DNA of 64,000 nt from Antedon mediterranea (Eukaryota; Animalia; Echinodermata). The first letter of the stretch is position 1, and each line of letters opens with the position of its first letter. The position numbers were made by a program, and so were the translations under genes. Below the pieces are notes generated by a model, which saw nothing but the letters and a program-made list of their open reading frames with translations, was not told the DNA's origin and made no database searches. The DNA lies in NCBI RefSeq assembly GCF_964355755.1, contig NC_092678.1, forward strand, positions 6,154,422 through 6,218,421. The letters run 5' to 3'. Of this stretch, positions 37,712 through 51,626 are shown piece after piece.

Positions 37712-38138
37712 GATTGTACAGTGAAACTATACAAGCTATACCGGCTATAAAAGTGCGATTTCACGATAAGATTATTGTTATTGCATCACAAACTAACAAA
37801 GAGATTCTATATGTTGTTGTATGTTAAGTACATACAAATAAATAATAGACCTATAATAAATCACGTAATTAAAATATAAAACATAGCAATATAATAATGT
37901 CATCTGATTAGCTAAGACGATATAATTATTGATTGTACCGTGAAACCATACAAGCTATATCGACTATAAAAGTGCCATTTCACGACAAGATTCTCCAACG
38001 TGTTGTATTGCATCGTGAACTGACAAAGAGTTGTTATATGTTGTTGTATGTTAAGTGCATACAAATAAATAATAGACCTATAATAAATCACGTAATTAAA
38101 ATATAAAACATAGCAATATAATGTCATCTGATTAGCTA
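37712..38138. repeat. Tandem duplication 2 x ~220 bp
   Basis: gattgtac.gtgaaac.atacaagctata...gtcatctgattagcta occurs twice. Confidence 0.85.
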
Positions 38139-39772
38139 TGATGATATAATGAAAGTTACATAGTTGAACATAGTAAACACTATGGTGGTACCTAGTTAAT
38201 ACGTCTCTTACTTTTTCGAAAAACAAAAAATTATATTATCCATCGGTTCGCATTCAAAGGACAATTTCAACCATTCCAACAATTTGTGGAGCCTATCGTG
38301 CACCCCTTTCAAACCTAAACTTGCCCCAGTTAAGAGTAACAAATGTGCTATATTTGATGGTAAAATAATAATTTATATGACCGTTAAAAATACTTTACTT
38401 TCACACCTGCGTAAGGCCTAAGGTAGATAGATCATTATTCGATATACGATATTTAACTACTTGAGGATATCATAATTATTATATGATACCTATATCAACC
38501 GATGGGCACATACATTTTACTATTATTAATAAATCCAGTGTTTTTAACAAATTCCAGTTGGACCTCTTTGATGTGCCGCGCAGGTGTGAATAGAAAATAG
38601 CGGAAGTGCAGGATGACCTTTCACGGGTCAAATCCCTTCGAGCTATATCCAATCAAAAAATTCCTTTCATGTCAAGATAATTTTTGTATCTGAAAGTTGA
38701 GTAATTACATTGACAGATACGAAAGGATACGAATGTCAAAGTATAACTGTATATTACGTAGTTTGTGATGAGTTACAACTGTACTGGGTATGGAAGAAGC
38801 TAGGCCTATACGAGACTAGTGAACCCCTCAAAAAAACGACCACCCTGGATTGTGGAAATCCGGCTGAGCTATGCTTCTTTGGGGCATTACAAATAAAGTG
38901 TCATGACTTTTTAAGCGCTACAATGACATAAATGTGTTATTATTCATGTTTAGAATGTTACAATGAATTAGCAATCAATGTGACATTGGGGACAATGATG
39001 GTGCAATTTTAAACTTGCAAAAATAAGACAATGCGTGTTTTGTGTGTCGATCTTTACGGGGATATCTTTCGGTACTCAATAACTGGACAGGGGTTGGCCA
39101 TAGTGTTAAAACCTATTATATTTACCATAGTTCTTTCACGGGAAAGTGTCCCTTTGATAGAGGTATCCCCTTAATTGGGGTTTCCCAAAGAAGAGGCTCT
39201 ACTGTATCTCTAAACACTAAATTACTAAACACTAAACACAATTAATCGATCGGAGTCCCTCAAATTATAAATATGGGTTGGCTTTAAAACCATACATTCC
39301 CCAAGTTCATTTCACGAGAAGTGTCCCCTTAATAGAAGTGTCCACAAGAAGGGCTTCTACTGAATCTCTAAAACAATTTCACAACAATATTGTGCATAAT
39401 TTTCGTCTACTGCCAGCTGGTATGTCACTCCGTCAACAATTGTCTCGATCCGTCCCTCAAATTATGACCGCAATTACTATATTATATTTTAGGAAATTCG
39501 AATTATTCAATATTTAATATTGGAAGAGACAGATTCTGATTGGGGATAACCGACAGATGAATTATCTGTCTGAATTATAACAGAAAAGAATGAGTTATGA
39601 ATCTGTCAATGATTTTACCCTATGACTTTATTGCTAATCATTTTTAAACGAATTGCGTTGAATTTATTTGTGGTAAGTGAATAAATGTCAGGAAGTTTGC
39701 AAAACAAAATCTCTCAGCGCGTGTAAAGCAACAGAGATGCTTCTTATGGCACGCCAGACTACCATTATTTAA

Positions 39773-39877
39773 AAAGAAAGGCCATATACATGGCTGCAGT
39801 CGCGTGCTCAAGTTAGTGTTTACCGACCAACCGACCGACATAGTGAGCTGTAGAGTCGCGTTGCACGCGACTAAAAA
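39773..39877 (-). mobile_element. Minimal (~100 bp) deletion derivative of the 23131-23845 HINE family
   Basis: aggccatatacatggctgcagtcgcgtgctc..ccgaccgacatagtgagctgtagagtcgcgttgcacgcgact: both termini joined at the ccga tract. Confidence 0.8.
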
Positions 39878-40246
39878 GAAGTGATATCTTTGTTTTATCA
39901 TGGAGAAATTATAGACATATCTCTATTAATAGAGGATAGGCCTATATTTGCCAATATTCATCAGTAGAAATAGGAATCTCTAAATAACTATAAGATATCT
40001 TAGTTTTAAATAGAGATAACATATCTAAATTTCAATTTGGCGCGCCATAGTTTATGTCTCCATGTGGATATCGAGAATGTCATACGGTCCGTTAATCGGG
40101 ATATTGGAACCAAAAAAGTGACACATTCAAATACATATTTTTCTATATTTAAATAAAAGGAATTAAAAAAAAATAAAAAAACATATAAACGGCACTAAAA
40201 AATGTATATTTATACAAGGTTAATGAATGAAGTCTGCATCAGTTTA

Positions 40247-42903
40247 TTAGCAAATCAGTGAGAAACACGGAGATTTGGTTTTCTTCTTCAGCTTGTCGAC
40301 AATGTAATAAATAGTCGGTCTTTGCTCTGGAATAATACGTGTACACTTTCTGCCGAGTTTACATAGAGGTATCATATTTAGACATAATCCCATGTCCAGA
40401 AACACATATCCGAGGCTTTAAATGTCACATTTAAATGTCGGCGGTGAATTCGGATAAAAGAGTTCTGGTGCGTAGCCTCTATGAGCTGCCATGAGTTCTT
40501 TGCGTTCCTCTGCAAGAGTTTCGTTAATTTTAAAGTAATCGTAGGAAGCATCAGCATGGCAGATGGAACCGAAGTCTGTGATCTTTACCGACCAGCAGTT
40601 ACCATCGTGGTAAAGAAGCATATTCCTGCTGGCGATGTCGTTATGAATAAAGCCGTGGTTTTGCAGTATCTGGACGCCTTCTGCCATATCGAGTGCAAGA
40701 TGCAGTCCATCTCGAATAGTAAGCTGAGGATTCTTGTATTTGATGGCTTTAAGGAACGTGACTAATTTATACTGTGTTGGATATCCAACGTATTCCATAA
40801 TTATCCTGCTTCTGAGTTCGACAGAAGTGTCACTACAGATTCCGTACACGTAAGGGAACAGTCTGCTTCTTCTTGACAGGAACTTCAGGACACGAGCTTC
40901 AATCTCAATTTCAAATTTTTCCATAAATTGCTCTTGTTTGTTTTCTGAGAGGAAGCAGGACTTGACGGCCACAAGAGGGCCATCAGGATGATTCAGCCGC
41001 TTTAGGAACACTTCACCAAATGCCTTTCCAAGTTTGATCTATAACATTTTCATAGATTATCCCCTAATTTATTTTGCTTTTAATACGCATCCTACAGCGA
41101 TTAACACGCCAATTACAGGATGGATAAACTATTTTATAAGTTCTAAGTCTCATTTGAGGCTTAGGAAGTGTTGAGTGTTGAAAGAGTGATGAGTTACAAC
41201 CCTGGCACTAAGTGAACCCTTGACATTGGGATTGGAAGGCAAGCACGTTAACCACCAAGCTACAGCTCCACTACCAATAATTTAATACTTTTAATTTGAA
41301 TGATATTGATCTATTTGATGATAGATTTTAGATATGTATGTATTAAATAACAATACATTCGCTCTGTTATAATCTTGTAACGAATGTTTTGGAAATATTG
41401 TAGACAATTAAAAAGACAATTACCGGGTTGTTCATGTTGACCACTGGGTACAAGTTGTCCACAGATATTTCTGGAACGTCCTTTGGCAAGAGTTTTTCGA
41501 GCTTCAAGAGCTCACAAGGCAACGTGAATTTGACGGGTTTTTCAAATGAACTGAAAAGCTGAGACGATATGGCCAATACTGGTTGGTCTGTTAGAGCAAG
41601 TGCCTAAAGGAGGATGAAATTGTATTTGATTTTATCAATATTGTCGAATACTGATGTACACAAATGCTGCAGTAAAACTCCGACTCTAATAGTGAAAAAA
41701 TTTGATGGGCAATACAATGTTTCAACACTAAACGGTTGCCATACAACCTCTATTTAGGGACACTCCTATTTAAAGGACACATTGCTGGGTCCCGAAGTTG
41801 TCGCCTCAATTTGTGTTTTATCTGTATGTTTAATATGGATTATGGGTATATACCTCAGCTTCATTGGGTTTAATAGCCAGATGAATCGGTGTCATTGGTG
41901 CAATGAGAGGGCTTGAAGTTACATCATTACAAGGCTGCGAATATAAATAAAACTTAATTAATATTCAACGATCTCATATTCTTGGACAATATATTATAAA
42001 TACTGAAAAACTATTGACAATTGATGGAAGACACGATACCTCAATTGATTTGGTCTTTGAACTGAATCCAGTAAGTGGCAATTTGAACAAATCAGAGATG
42101 CCGAAAAGTCCAGTAAGACCTTGATACCACGTTGCTAGACTGGTGAACAATTGTGAAATCAATAAGCTGTCGACACCAGAGTTAAAACGAGCCTTCTAGA
42201 CAACTCTTGAGTGGATGCTACCAACTTCTAGTCTTGACATCGTGTCAGAAAATTGACCTTTGACATCTGAGGCTTCCTTCAAGGGTGGTAAACAATGAAT
42301 TCTATCCATCGAAAAGAGGCTTCTGATGAGATTCAGTGCTGCCATGTATTCTGATTCCACGTCATTGTCAATGACCTCTGCTTCTGCATCATTGACCTCA
42401 ACACAACTGTTATCCAGCACAAGGAGTGCTCTTGTGTATTCCTGAAGCCTGACACCAATCTCTGGGTCCGAGCAAGTGATGGCATCTGGTCGAAGAGGAT
42501 CAATGGCAATACCGTAAATGATCTTCAACATAATCACACGGGCATGGGATGTAAGTCTTATCCAGACTTTACTGGATGAAGTTGGCTGCTGGTCAACATC
42601 CTCGGCATTCTCATGTCTTTCGAAAGTAAAACAACACTTGAAGTATTTGTCGAATAACTTCGAGAAGATAGAGTGCCTAATAATAAAAGGTCCAAAAACA
42701 ATTAAATAAAATATCTATTGTGTGTAGCGCATTTGAATGATGTGTATTCGTAAAAAAAAAAGCGCTATAGAAATGAGATATTTATTGAGATATATATAAT
42801 AATATATATCATATGAAATAATAACAAAGCGTACAAACCTTTTTTGACCTATTTTAGTAACAGTACGGTTACGTTTAAATAGACGTTTAATCCGTCCTGG
42901 CAT
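40247..42903 (-). pseudogene. Five-exon protein kinase gene (non-RD, TK/TKL-like) with two premature stops
   Basis: Coding exons 42839-42903, 42040-42676, 41854-41934, 41424-41603, 40247-41038, all GT-AG and phase-compatible (584 codons). Motifs LGKAFGEV, VAVK, HNDIASRN, DFG, APE, DI*SLG, PEQRP. TAG at 42196-42198 and TAA at 40418-40420. Confidence 0.82.
41160..41270 (-). mobile_element. tRNA-derived SINE fragment in the kinase intron
   Basis: Minus strand tgtagcttggtggttaacgtgcttgccttccaatcc..agggttca (A/B-box-like). Confidence 0.45.
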
Positions 42904-42927
42904 GATCTATACGAAGAAAAAAATAAA

Positions 42928-42961
<34 letters not shown>

Positions 42962-43670
42962 AATTGTTCAATAAATAATAGTCCTACTGGTCAAGTTTTT
43001 GAAGGATAAATGAATTCAAAATAAATATAGTTTTCTTAATCTTACCGTTTTAAAGTAAACTATTCGTAAAATATTAGTATATTTCTGAAATCTAATTAAA
43101 CAAATATAATTTAGTACGAATTGAAATCATTTTATATTTTCGTAAAATATTTATAGTAGCCCTACATAACTATTACCTAATATCACAAGACAAAGGGACC
43201 TCTACAGGAAAGAGGAACACGACGATGTCCAAGGGCTAGGCCTAGACCATGGAGTTAGACCTCCATGGCCTAGAGTTCAATGGCGTTATTTTCTTTTCCA
43301 CCGTTTGCCTAAGTATGTCGCAAATTTTCGGGATGAAATGTGTGTTTATATAATCTAAATTAATACTTTTAATTGTGACCTATGATTAAATAAATAATGT
43401 ATACATTTTATGATAAAAAATCAAATATTTACAGTGATATTTTTAAGCATTACTTACCGAGTCAAGTTTGGTTTGTATATCTGAGGTTGATCTCCATGGT
43501 TTGGTCACTACAACAGGAGAGTGTTACCATGTGCGCAAGAACGCACACGCGGTATGCGCTTCACACGCGCCACATCGGGGGACGGGGGGGGGGGAGTGGT
43601 TGGGGTGTCGGAGAGGGCCGCGGAGTAGTAGAAGTAGAGAACCACACAGTTAAGCACGGTTCTGTATCAA

Positions 43671-43785
43671 GTTAAGCATCAATGCTTAAGCATCAGTTAA
43701 GCATCAATGCTTAAGCATCAGTTAAGCATCAATGCTTAAGCATCAGTTAAGCATCAATGCTTAAGCATCAGTTAAGCATCAATGC
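43671..43785. repeat. 25-bp tandem repeat with a palindromic core, ~4.5 copies
   Basis: gttaagcatcaatgcttaagcatca; core ttaagcat-ca-atgcttaa. Confidence 0.95.
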
Positions 43786-44214
43786 AATTTACTAAAAGAA
43801 AACGAAATATAGGCCTATATGCCTACTAAATGGCGAATTCTAAAGTATACAAAAAGAAACACAATTTACTTTAATTTTATATAGAAACCTACACTAACCT
43901 TAACATAATACAGTCTCACACATGTGATACAATGTGACACTGTATTACATAATTTGCCTATGACACTGGACATAAAATGTATGGATACAGTAAAGGGAAT
44001 CGGGTGGGTTTTAATAAATATAAGTTCTTGAGGCCAATGACCTGATAAACAACACATGATATGTATGTTAATGCTATTAATAATCAATCGTCCATATTAC
44101 AGCTATTTTGGAATCATCTCCCAATGGAAATAACGATCAGAAGATTGTCTAGCGGTATTTCAAACGATCTTTCTTCTTGTGGCTGTGGTAGGCCTACCAC
44201 TCTATAAGATTAGG

Positions 44215-44478
44215 GACACTTTGGGGGCGTACCTAAGGCGCCAACAACATCGGCAAGGGTTCGAGGCCGACTCGCTCCTGGTGGGGGAACAAGTCTTCTC
44301 GGATAAGGACTATAAACTGTATGTCCAGTAAACCCAGTTCATTTTTCGAGAAGAGTTACCCCGGTGAACTGATTTATAAAAATAGCCCCTGTATCAGGGA
44401 ATTACCACCTATCTGATAGGACAGTGATTAATTTACTATTGGTAATTCTTGGCAACATTGCATTAAATAAAATAAAAC
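44215..44478 (+). mobile_element. tRNA-headed SINE with a Nin/Deu-like central domain; relatives at ~48060-48260 (-) and ~49833-50000 (+)
   Basis: gggttcgag B-box; tcttctcggataaggactataaac; cgagaagag..ccccggtg; (aaata)n tail; three copies align by eye. Confidence 0.65.
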
Positions 44479-44558
44479 CCCTGTTCAGTGGAAACGCATC
44501 AAAAATATCTCTAATAGAGTTGGGATCTAAGAGGCCTACACTGCATTTTCATCTGAAT

Positions 44559-45372
44559 TCTATTCTATGTTATAAAAAAAAAAATGATATCCATTAATCA
44601 TTATGGGACAGACAAAAGCTGACGATGTAACTATCTTTAAGGAAAACAGTCGATATGATTAATAATATTTCTGTCTTTTCTTCTTTGTTGTGTTCTCTTA
44701 ATTTTCTCGAGGATCGAGCAAAAACAATTTTTCTTAATTGAAAGGTAGACCAGTTAAACATATAGATGGACATTCGTATAGGCCTGAAGCGAGTCTCACG
44801 AGACGCACAATGCACAAATATTGACGTCAAAATATCGTGATTTGAATAGTAACAACCATATCCATTTCTTGGAATAGAATATTTAAAGAAAATAGACGAC
44901 ACGTACGCGGTATATTAATAACATACGTGATGCAAAACGGCTATAGAATATCACCACGGTCTTGTGACGCGTGACGTCATCTTACCCCCATACGGATTCT
45001 TAACATGACATCTATCTATCTATTCAAATTCCTATGTTGTGTATACACAACATTTATCAGGCCTAATAGTGATGTAAAACGGGTATAGAATATCACCACG
45101 GTCTTGTGATGCGTGACGTCATCTTTCCCCCATACAGATTTTAAAATGAAAAACTACCTATTTAAAATCCTATGTTGTGTGTACAACGTATATCAGACCT
45201 AATGGTGATGTAAAACGAGTATAGAATACATTCGGATCTTGTGACTCATTACGTCATCTACCCCCCCCCCCTCCCCAGCAATCGAGATATGACCAATCTA
45301 TTAGAATTCCTATTGTTAATATACAACTTAACATTGAATTATAAAAACAAGACATATGCTGTATAATACTAG
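44559..45372 (+). mobile_element. Probable non-autonomous Helitron with three internal ~135-bp tandem units
   Basis: Starts TCTATTCTATGTTATAAA and ends CTAG|T; units gatg.aaaacg..tatagaata..gtgac..acgtcatct at ~44930, 45072, 45207; 3' hairpin not clear. Confidence 0.5.
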
Positions 45373-45787
45373 TTTGTATTTTGTACATTGATTTGTTTAA
45401 ATGTCCATGACGCCAGAACATGCGTTTATCATGCCCTACTTACGTTTTTACGTTCAAGAACTGTTTTCTCTCAAAAAATCATATGGCGTTACAATTTCAA
45501 TGTGTGACACGGGAATAACAAGCAATTTCATGATAAATCTTTTTTTGTCATTTGTATGTTTTTTTTGCTCCAGGCCTGAAAAATAAGAGTGTTGGAAGGG
45601 GGTTCAGCGTAGGACCGTGGGCGATTACAGAGCTTGGTCCCGGTGGAGGTTCAAGAGAAACAGTACACTGAAATTAGAAATATAGGCCTATGTCATCACA
45701 AATTTTTTTTAAACACAAACTAATTGGCTAATGAGTGTGATGCTTGAATATTAGCGATATCATTACTTTCAGGACTAAAGAAACTAA

Positions 45788-45913
45788 AGCTCTGTTTACA
45801 CTATCAAACTTTATGTGACAAAAAATGACATGATGAAATTTGGTCATATCACTACCATATTTGAGCACATCACATTTTTGTTGTCAAACTAGTTTGATAG
45901 TGTAGACATGGCT
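45788..45913. mobile_element. MITE with ~24-bp TIRs (PIF/Harbinger-like); relatives at 46734-46895, 60293-60430 and partial 11590-11704
   Basis: agctctgt(c/t)tacactatcaaac / gtttgatagtgtagacagagct, TAA/TTA flanks, internal atatcactaccatatttg. Confidence 0.75.
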
Positions 45914-46075
45914 TTAGAAAGATAGACCTTACAACATTACATAGCAGCTTTGCAACAACACAAACAATAGGCCGATAGTGACCATTGATATTATCAAAGA
46001 ACTTATAACACAAGAATCTCCTGTTCGTCCGAAGCGCGTAACAATTACGAAAGGCATTGTGGGATAGAATAGAGC

Positions 46076-46319
46076 TATGGGTGGCGCCATTGTGAGCCAT
46101 GGAGTAGGGCGCCCGCATCAAATTAGAAAGTCAAAATCATAGAGGGGATCTGCTAATGCTCTAGGGGGGATAGAGTAATTGACTGAGGAGTAGGGCGCCC
46201 GCATCAAATTAGAAAGTCAAAATCATAGAGGGGATCTGCTAATACTCTAGGGGGGTAGAGTAATTGACTTCCTAGTTTGGAGGGGGCGCTGCTCCATGCT
46301 GTGAAATGGCGTCGCCCAG
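46076..46319. mobile_element. Small element with imperfect terminal inverted repeats and an internal 2 x ~87-bp direct repeat
   Basis: tgggtggcgccatt..catggagtagggcgccc versus gggcgctgctccatg..aatggcgtcgccca; ggagtagggcgcccgcatcaaattagaaag occurs twice. Confidence 0.55.
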
Positions 46320-48288
46320 TTTGACCTTTTAACCCTGTACTTCCGATACTGTGTTTTGAATGCAAATTGAAGAACAGGAGATTCTTGTGTTATAAGTTCT
46401 TTGATATTATTGTGATGATTGAGAAGCGATCTGGCACTTTTTGGAGAAAGGAAACTTAAGACCAAAACAGTTAGACTTTAAAGAGAATCCCTCTGGGTGA
46501 CTAATATTTTAGATAAACTTCTTTTAAAAGGAAACAAATTGAAAACAAACAGATATTCAGGGTTCAATCTGTGATGTAGATATTCGAGCTCTTCCATCAG
46601 TCGTAGGCTCAGTTGGACCCCCAATTTCAAGGGCGTTAGGTTGACGGCTTCTCATCATTTATTTACTACGGAATTCAAAACAAAATGGAACCCAAACATA
46701 GTTTCATTGACGACAGTCAATTCAGTTTTCTTAAGCTCTGTCTACACTATCAAATTAATTTGACAAAACAAGTGTGACGTGCCAAAATATGGCAGTGATA
46801 TGCCCAAATATGGTAGTGATATGACGTCATCATGTCCATATATGGGCACATCACATTTTTTTGTCACATAAAGTTTGATAGTGTAGACAGATATTTAGAT
46901 TTAAAGGGTCTTTCATACCCGTTCCGGTCCGGCAAATCAGAATCAGAATCATAATTTAATCTGGCGCTTTCGATTCGCGCGAACAAATTCGCCTAGTGGA
47001 AAATCGGCGAAAGAGAATGAATAGGCCTATATGCTGTATATGTACTTAAATGCGTGTGAACACAGCCTTAGACGCGGGGAATGGATCAATAGATTATATT
47101 ACCTTTGCGGTAATTATTATATATTAAATAGAACACGCTAAACACATGTTGTATTTCTAATAGTCACTTTAAAAAGTTACATATCATTTCCGTTTGAAAA
47201 AAAAGGAGTTAATACATGGAAAAATGTGCATCATTCAAAGTGACAACAAATGACGGTAGTTGTTAATAAAAATTCCGGGAACGAATCCATACTTGTTATT
47301 TATGTATTGCGATAGGTTGCGGTTCAAGGAGTAGGTCTACGATTCTACGTTTGTAGACGCCTTCCTTGTTTCACCGAGTTTCAAACTTTTCTTTGACTTT
47401 TATATTACTCTCATTTATAAATCATGAAAAGCAGTAGGCCTATCTACCGTACGTTACTGATAATACAATCCTATCAGGACATACATACTATAGATAGAGA
47501 CGCAAACGTGGCACATTATTTGACTGAGCCGGATGCTGTGCTACGGTAGCCTACGCGCCATTTCAATAAAATATATAATATGCATAACCTTGCCGTCACG
47601 TGTTTAAAATTGCTCTTGGGTGGGTGAATAAACCTTGAAAGGTTGCAAAAAATCTTTTTTAGACTGATCTCTTTAATATTCTTTTAGTTATTAATTTTCT
47701 TGTCACGATTTTAAGCGACATAATGGCACTAGCGACAATCTGATAATAGTTAGGGTAACTAAGTGCGTTGACTCGGCATTTTTTTAATGCGATGCCTTGA
47801 TTATAATGGAAGGATATGCCCGACATGTCAGAAGTGGATAGAGCACATTCTACTAATCATCGGGGTTTAAAACATCTTTAGAAATACAACGTCGAAAGCT
47901 AAGCTCATCTCCCGACATTCGCAATAAATGTAATGCCATTGTCTATAGGCCTACAGTAGATTCACTTTTTTTTGTCGGTTTTGTCTGTCGAATACAAACT
48001 GATGTCAAACAAACGTCATATAGGGTTTTATGTACCCATTGATAAGACTTGAAATATGATCAGTGGGACTGTGACCTAATAGTACACCGGGGTAATAAAA
48101 TCCCCTACTCGTTGATGTACTTGGTTCTTTAAAGTGCACATGAGCTAGATGCGTACAATGGACCTACTATACGGTTTATAGTTCTTATCCGAGAAGACTC
48201 GTTCCACCAGACTCATGGAGCGAGTGAGCCTCGAACCCTTGCCGACGTTATGGCTACGTAATTACGGTCTCTCCCACAAACCTTATTA

Positions 48289-48603
48289 ATAAGAGAAGAG
48301 ATCGCCTTTAAGTGGAACTTAAAGGCGATCTTTAACAGTTAACTGACAGTTAAACTCGTTGGCAAAGGGGTACCTTGAGAATGCTCCGGGGAATTTCCAT
48401 TTTGATGTAAAATAGAGAAGGAAAGTTAACAATTAAATCGCCAGGATTTAAAAGTAACTTTGCAGCCGTTAAAGCTAATACCAACAGGTTTTACCATTTT
48501 ATAGAAATGTAGATTCCTTTAGGCGGACAATTTTAAATCTGTTTGAATCACGACCTGATGGATTGTATCCACATTCATTGCACGCGCGTACCCCTCGCAT
48601 TAA
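48289..48603 (-). mobile_element. Probable third HINE-type element
   Basis: Perfect 15-bp stem agatcgcctttaagt-gga-acttaaaggcgatct (48299-48331); imperfect subTIR gcaaaggggtac / gtacccctcgc. Confidence 0.45.
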
Positions 48604-51180
48604 TAATAATTGATGTGCTTAAATGCGACTTCCGCGATGCCTAAACATACTCTTTTAATAAAATGTTACATCCCCTTGGCCTACTTTCAAACCAGTAGTT
48701 AATAATGTCATTATACAAGGACTTATATAGTTCACGACATTTCTCGTATCAGTTCCGGAACTGTTCTGCTTAGAATATTCTTTTTCTAGATATATTTATT
48801 TATAAATTGTCAAATCTATGTATGGTTTATATCTTTTCATTTCCCTCTAGTTAATAATTTTCAAAGTCAGGAGGTTTAATTTTAATTGTCATATGAAAGA
48901 TGCTTCCCTAGTATTGAAACAATAGGCCTAACAATAACAAATACATAATAGTATGCTTAATTCTCCTGAGATGAACAACCTTGTGTAGGAATTACCGTTT
49001 TGGATGAATACCTTATCTAGTCTATTTCAAATGTTCCGCAAAACGTAAATTTCATACGATACTGTCATAGCAATTTAAATTTAAACAAGAAATATTTCTT
49101 ATAAAAAACGCCGCTCACCGTGTAACAGTTTTAAAGATATATTGTCCACCCTAAAAAAAATGTTTTCTCAATTTTTTTGTTGAATGTGCCATTTTAATGT
49201 CACATAATAGTTACTCACTTTGACCAAAAAACTGGATCGAAAACAAAAATTATTTACCTTAAAAATGTACCGGTAATTTAAAGCAAAACATATTTAAATT
49301 GTCTGTTAATTAAATTAAACGTTTCTTTTTTCTTTTTATGAGTGAAATAATAATTGTTACAAAAGTGATTACTTTTTTTAAAACTGCGAAATGGCCTAAT
49401 TAAAGTCTGATTTTATTATTATCTATAACAAACACTCGTGTTGTTTCTTTCTACTTTATAGGTATGAGCAATTATGTTTCTGTGTACAAGCATTATGTAT
49501 GCGATGACTAATGCAACGAAAATATATTAATATCAGCATGTTAATTGTTCTGTTTGATACTAGGAACAATATAAATATTATGTCACAAACGAAGAATGTA
49601 TTATTTATTGGTTTTTGGGAACATATATTTGTTTAACAGTGTATATGATAAGATAAGGCTATACATATATCATAATTTGTTTTACCAATCAACAACAACA
49701 AGGGAAGCAACTGAATACCGAATTTATCATCAACCGAATCCAACAGCCAAACCGAATCCAACAGCCAAACCGACAAAATACTAAGACCAACCAACTACAG
49801 TTAACATACGTACGTTTATTTATTTTTTAATGTATTCACATCTAGCTCGTGTGCACTTTAAAGAACCTAGTACATCTTTCGAGACGAGTAGGGGGTTACC
49901 CCGGTGTATTAGTACATCACAGCCACTGATCACCAACTGGGCCCTCTGGGAGACCAGTCTTTGACTGAAGAGGTTACCCAGTATAAATATATATTTCAAT
50001 CAATTTCTGCAATATACAATATAAAGAAATAGACAAAACAAATATAGAAGGCAAGGAAAGACTAAACAGGTGCTAAACACCTATGCTAGTTGGTCAACCC
50101 AGAACAGAGCACAGAAATAAACCAAAACAAAATTACATTCTACAATTAGGCCCTAAAGCATCTACAAGAAAGCGACCAACAAAAATCGAAAAGCCAACTG
50201 GTGGACTAACATAAAAAATGTTGGGCAAGCCTATCAGTGAACCAACATAGGTATAACATAAAACTCGCAGGAAGAAACCCGCCGGAAGAAACCCTCCGGA
50301 AGAAAATATGGACTTCAATACCGGTACCCATCTACATACCGACAAACAACTATATCTAAGGCAAACAATTAAAAACTTAACTTTACGGATAAATAGTTTT
50401 GTTTTGAATATCTAGATCGTCCTAAATTCCAGGATACAGAATTCCTAAGATTCTATATAGTATACTTGAAATATTATTGTTTTTAACCGTATTGTACCCT
50501 TCATATACCGATGCTTACGTCATCATCACTCGGGTAACATCGTGTTTATATACACATAAAGGGTGTTGTTACACCTCCGCAGGTGAGACGTACACAAAAT
50601 GCCACACATTCTACAAATGACCGACAAATATATTGCCGAAATAATTACCTTACTAAGAAAAAATAATTTTATCGCGCACGTATAAATATACACTGTCAAA
50701 CGCATCTCCAACAACACTTGGTAAATTTAGCATGTGGTTTTACACAACACAGGTGTACGGTAAATGAGTAACCAATTAACAATATTTTTTACCACACGGC
50801 TGGAGTTCTAGAAATCGTAATATTTCTGGAACTGAGATAAACATTTCTGCTATTAATTCCGTCAGAATTAGAACAATACATGAGTAACGTACCACGTGCG
50901 TTTCTCGTTATCGTAAAGTCAAGACCATTCTAGTTTACATAAGTTGTCAATATTTACCATATACATTCCACAGTGTACGGTATTTTAATAACACTGTATT
51001 ACGTATCGAATGGGCTATATAACAGTTTATGCTACAATACGGTATAATTTACACGTAGACATGTCCACACTGAAAACAAATCAGCACCATGTTGCACATT
51101 ACATCGGGTTGATTTTGTACAATCATAGCCTATGTTACAATACAGTGTGATATACATGACAGTAGAACACTTCAGATCAT

Positions 51181-51626
51181 CGGGACATCCTTATTCATGG
51201 GACACCCCTATTCATGGGACACCCCTATCCATGGGACACCCCTATCCATGGGACACCCCTATCCATGGGACACCCCTATTCATAGGACATCCCTATTCAT
51301 GGGACACCCCTATCCATGAGAAATTCCTATTCATGAGATAGTTATATTTATGGGACATCCGTATCAACGGTGCACGTCTATTCATGGGACATCTCTATCC
51401 GTGGGACATTCCTATTCATGGGACACCCCTATCCATGGGACACCCCTATTCATAGGACATCCCTATTCATGGGACACCCCTATCCATGAGAAATCCCTAT
51501 TCATGAGATAGTTATATTTATGGGACATCCGTATCAACGGTGCACGTCTATTCATGGGACATCTCTATCCGTGGGACATTCCTATTCATGGGACATCTCT
51601 ATCCGTGGGACATTTCTATTCATGGG
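51181..51626. repeat. 17-bp minisatellite (atgggacacccctat(c/t)c) with a 170-bp higher-order period
   Basis: ~26 units; variant block tatccatgagaaat recurs at 51311 and 51481. Confidence 0.95.
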
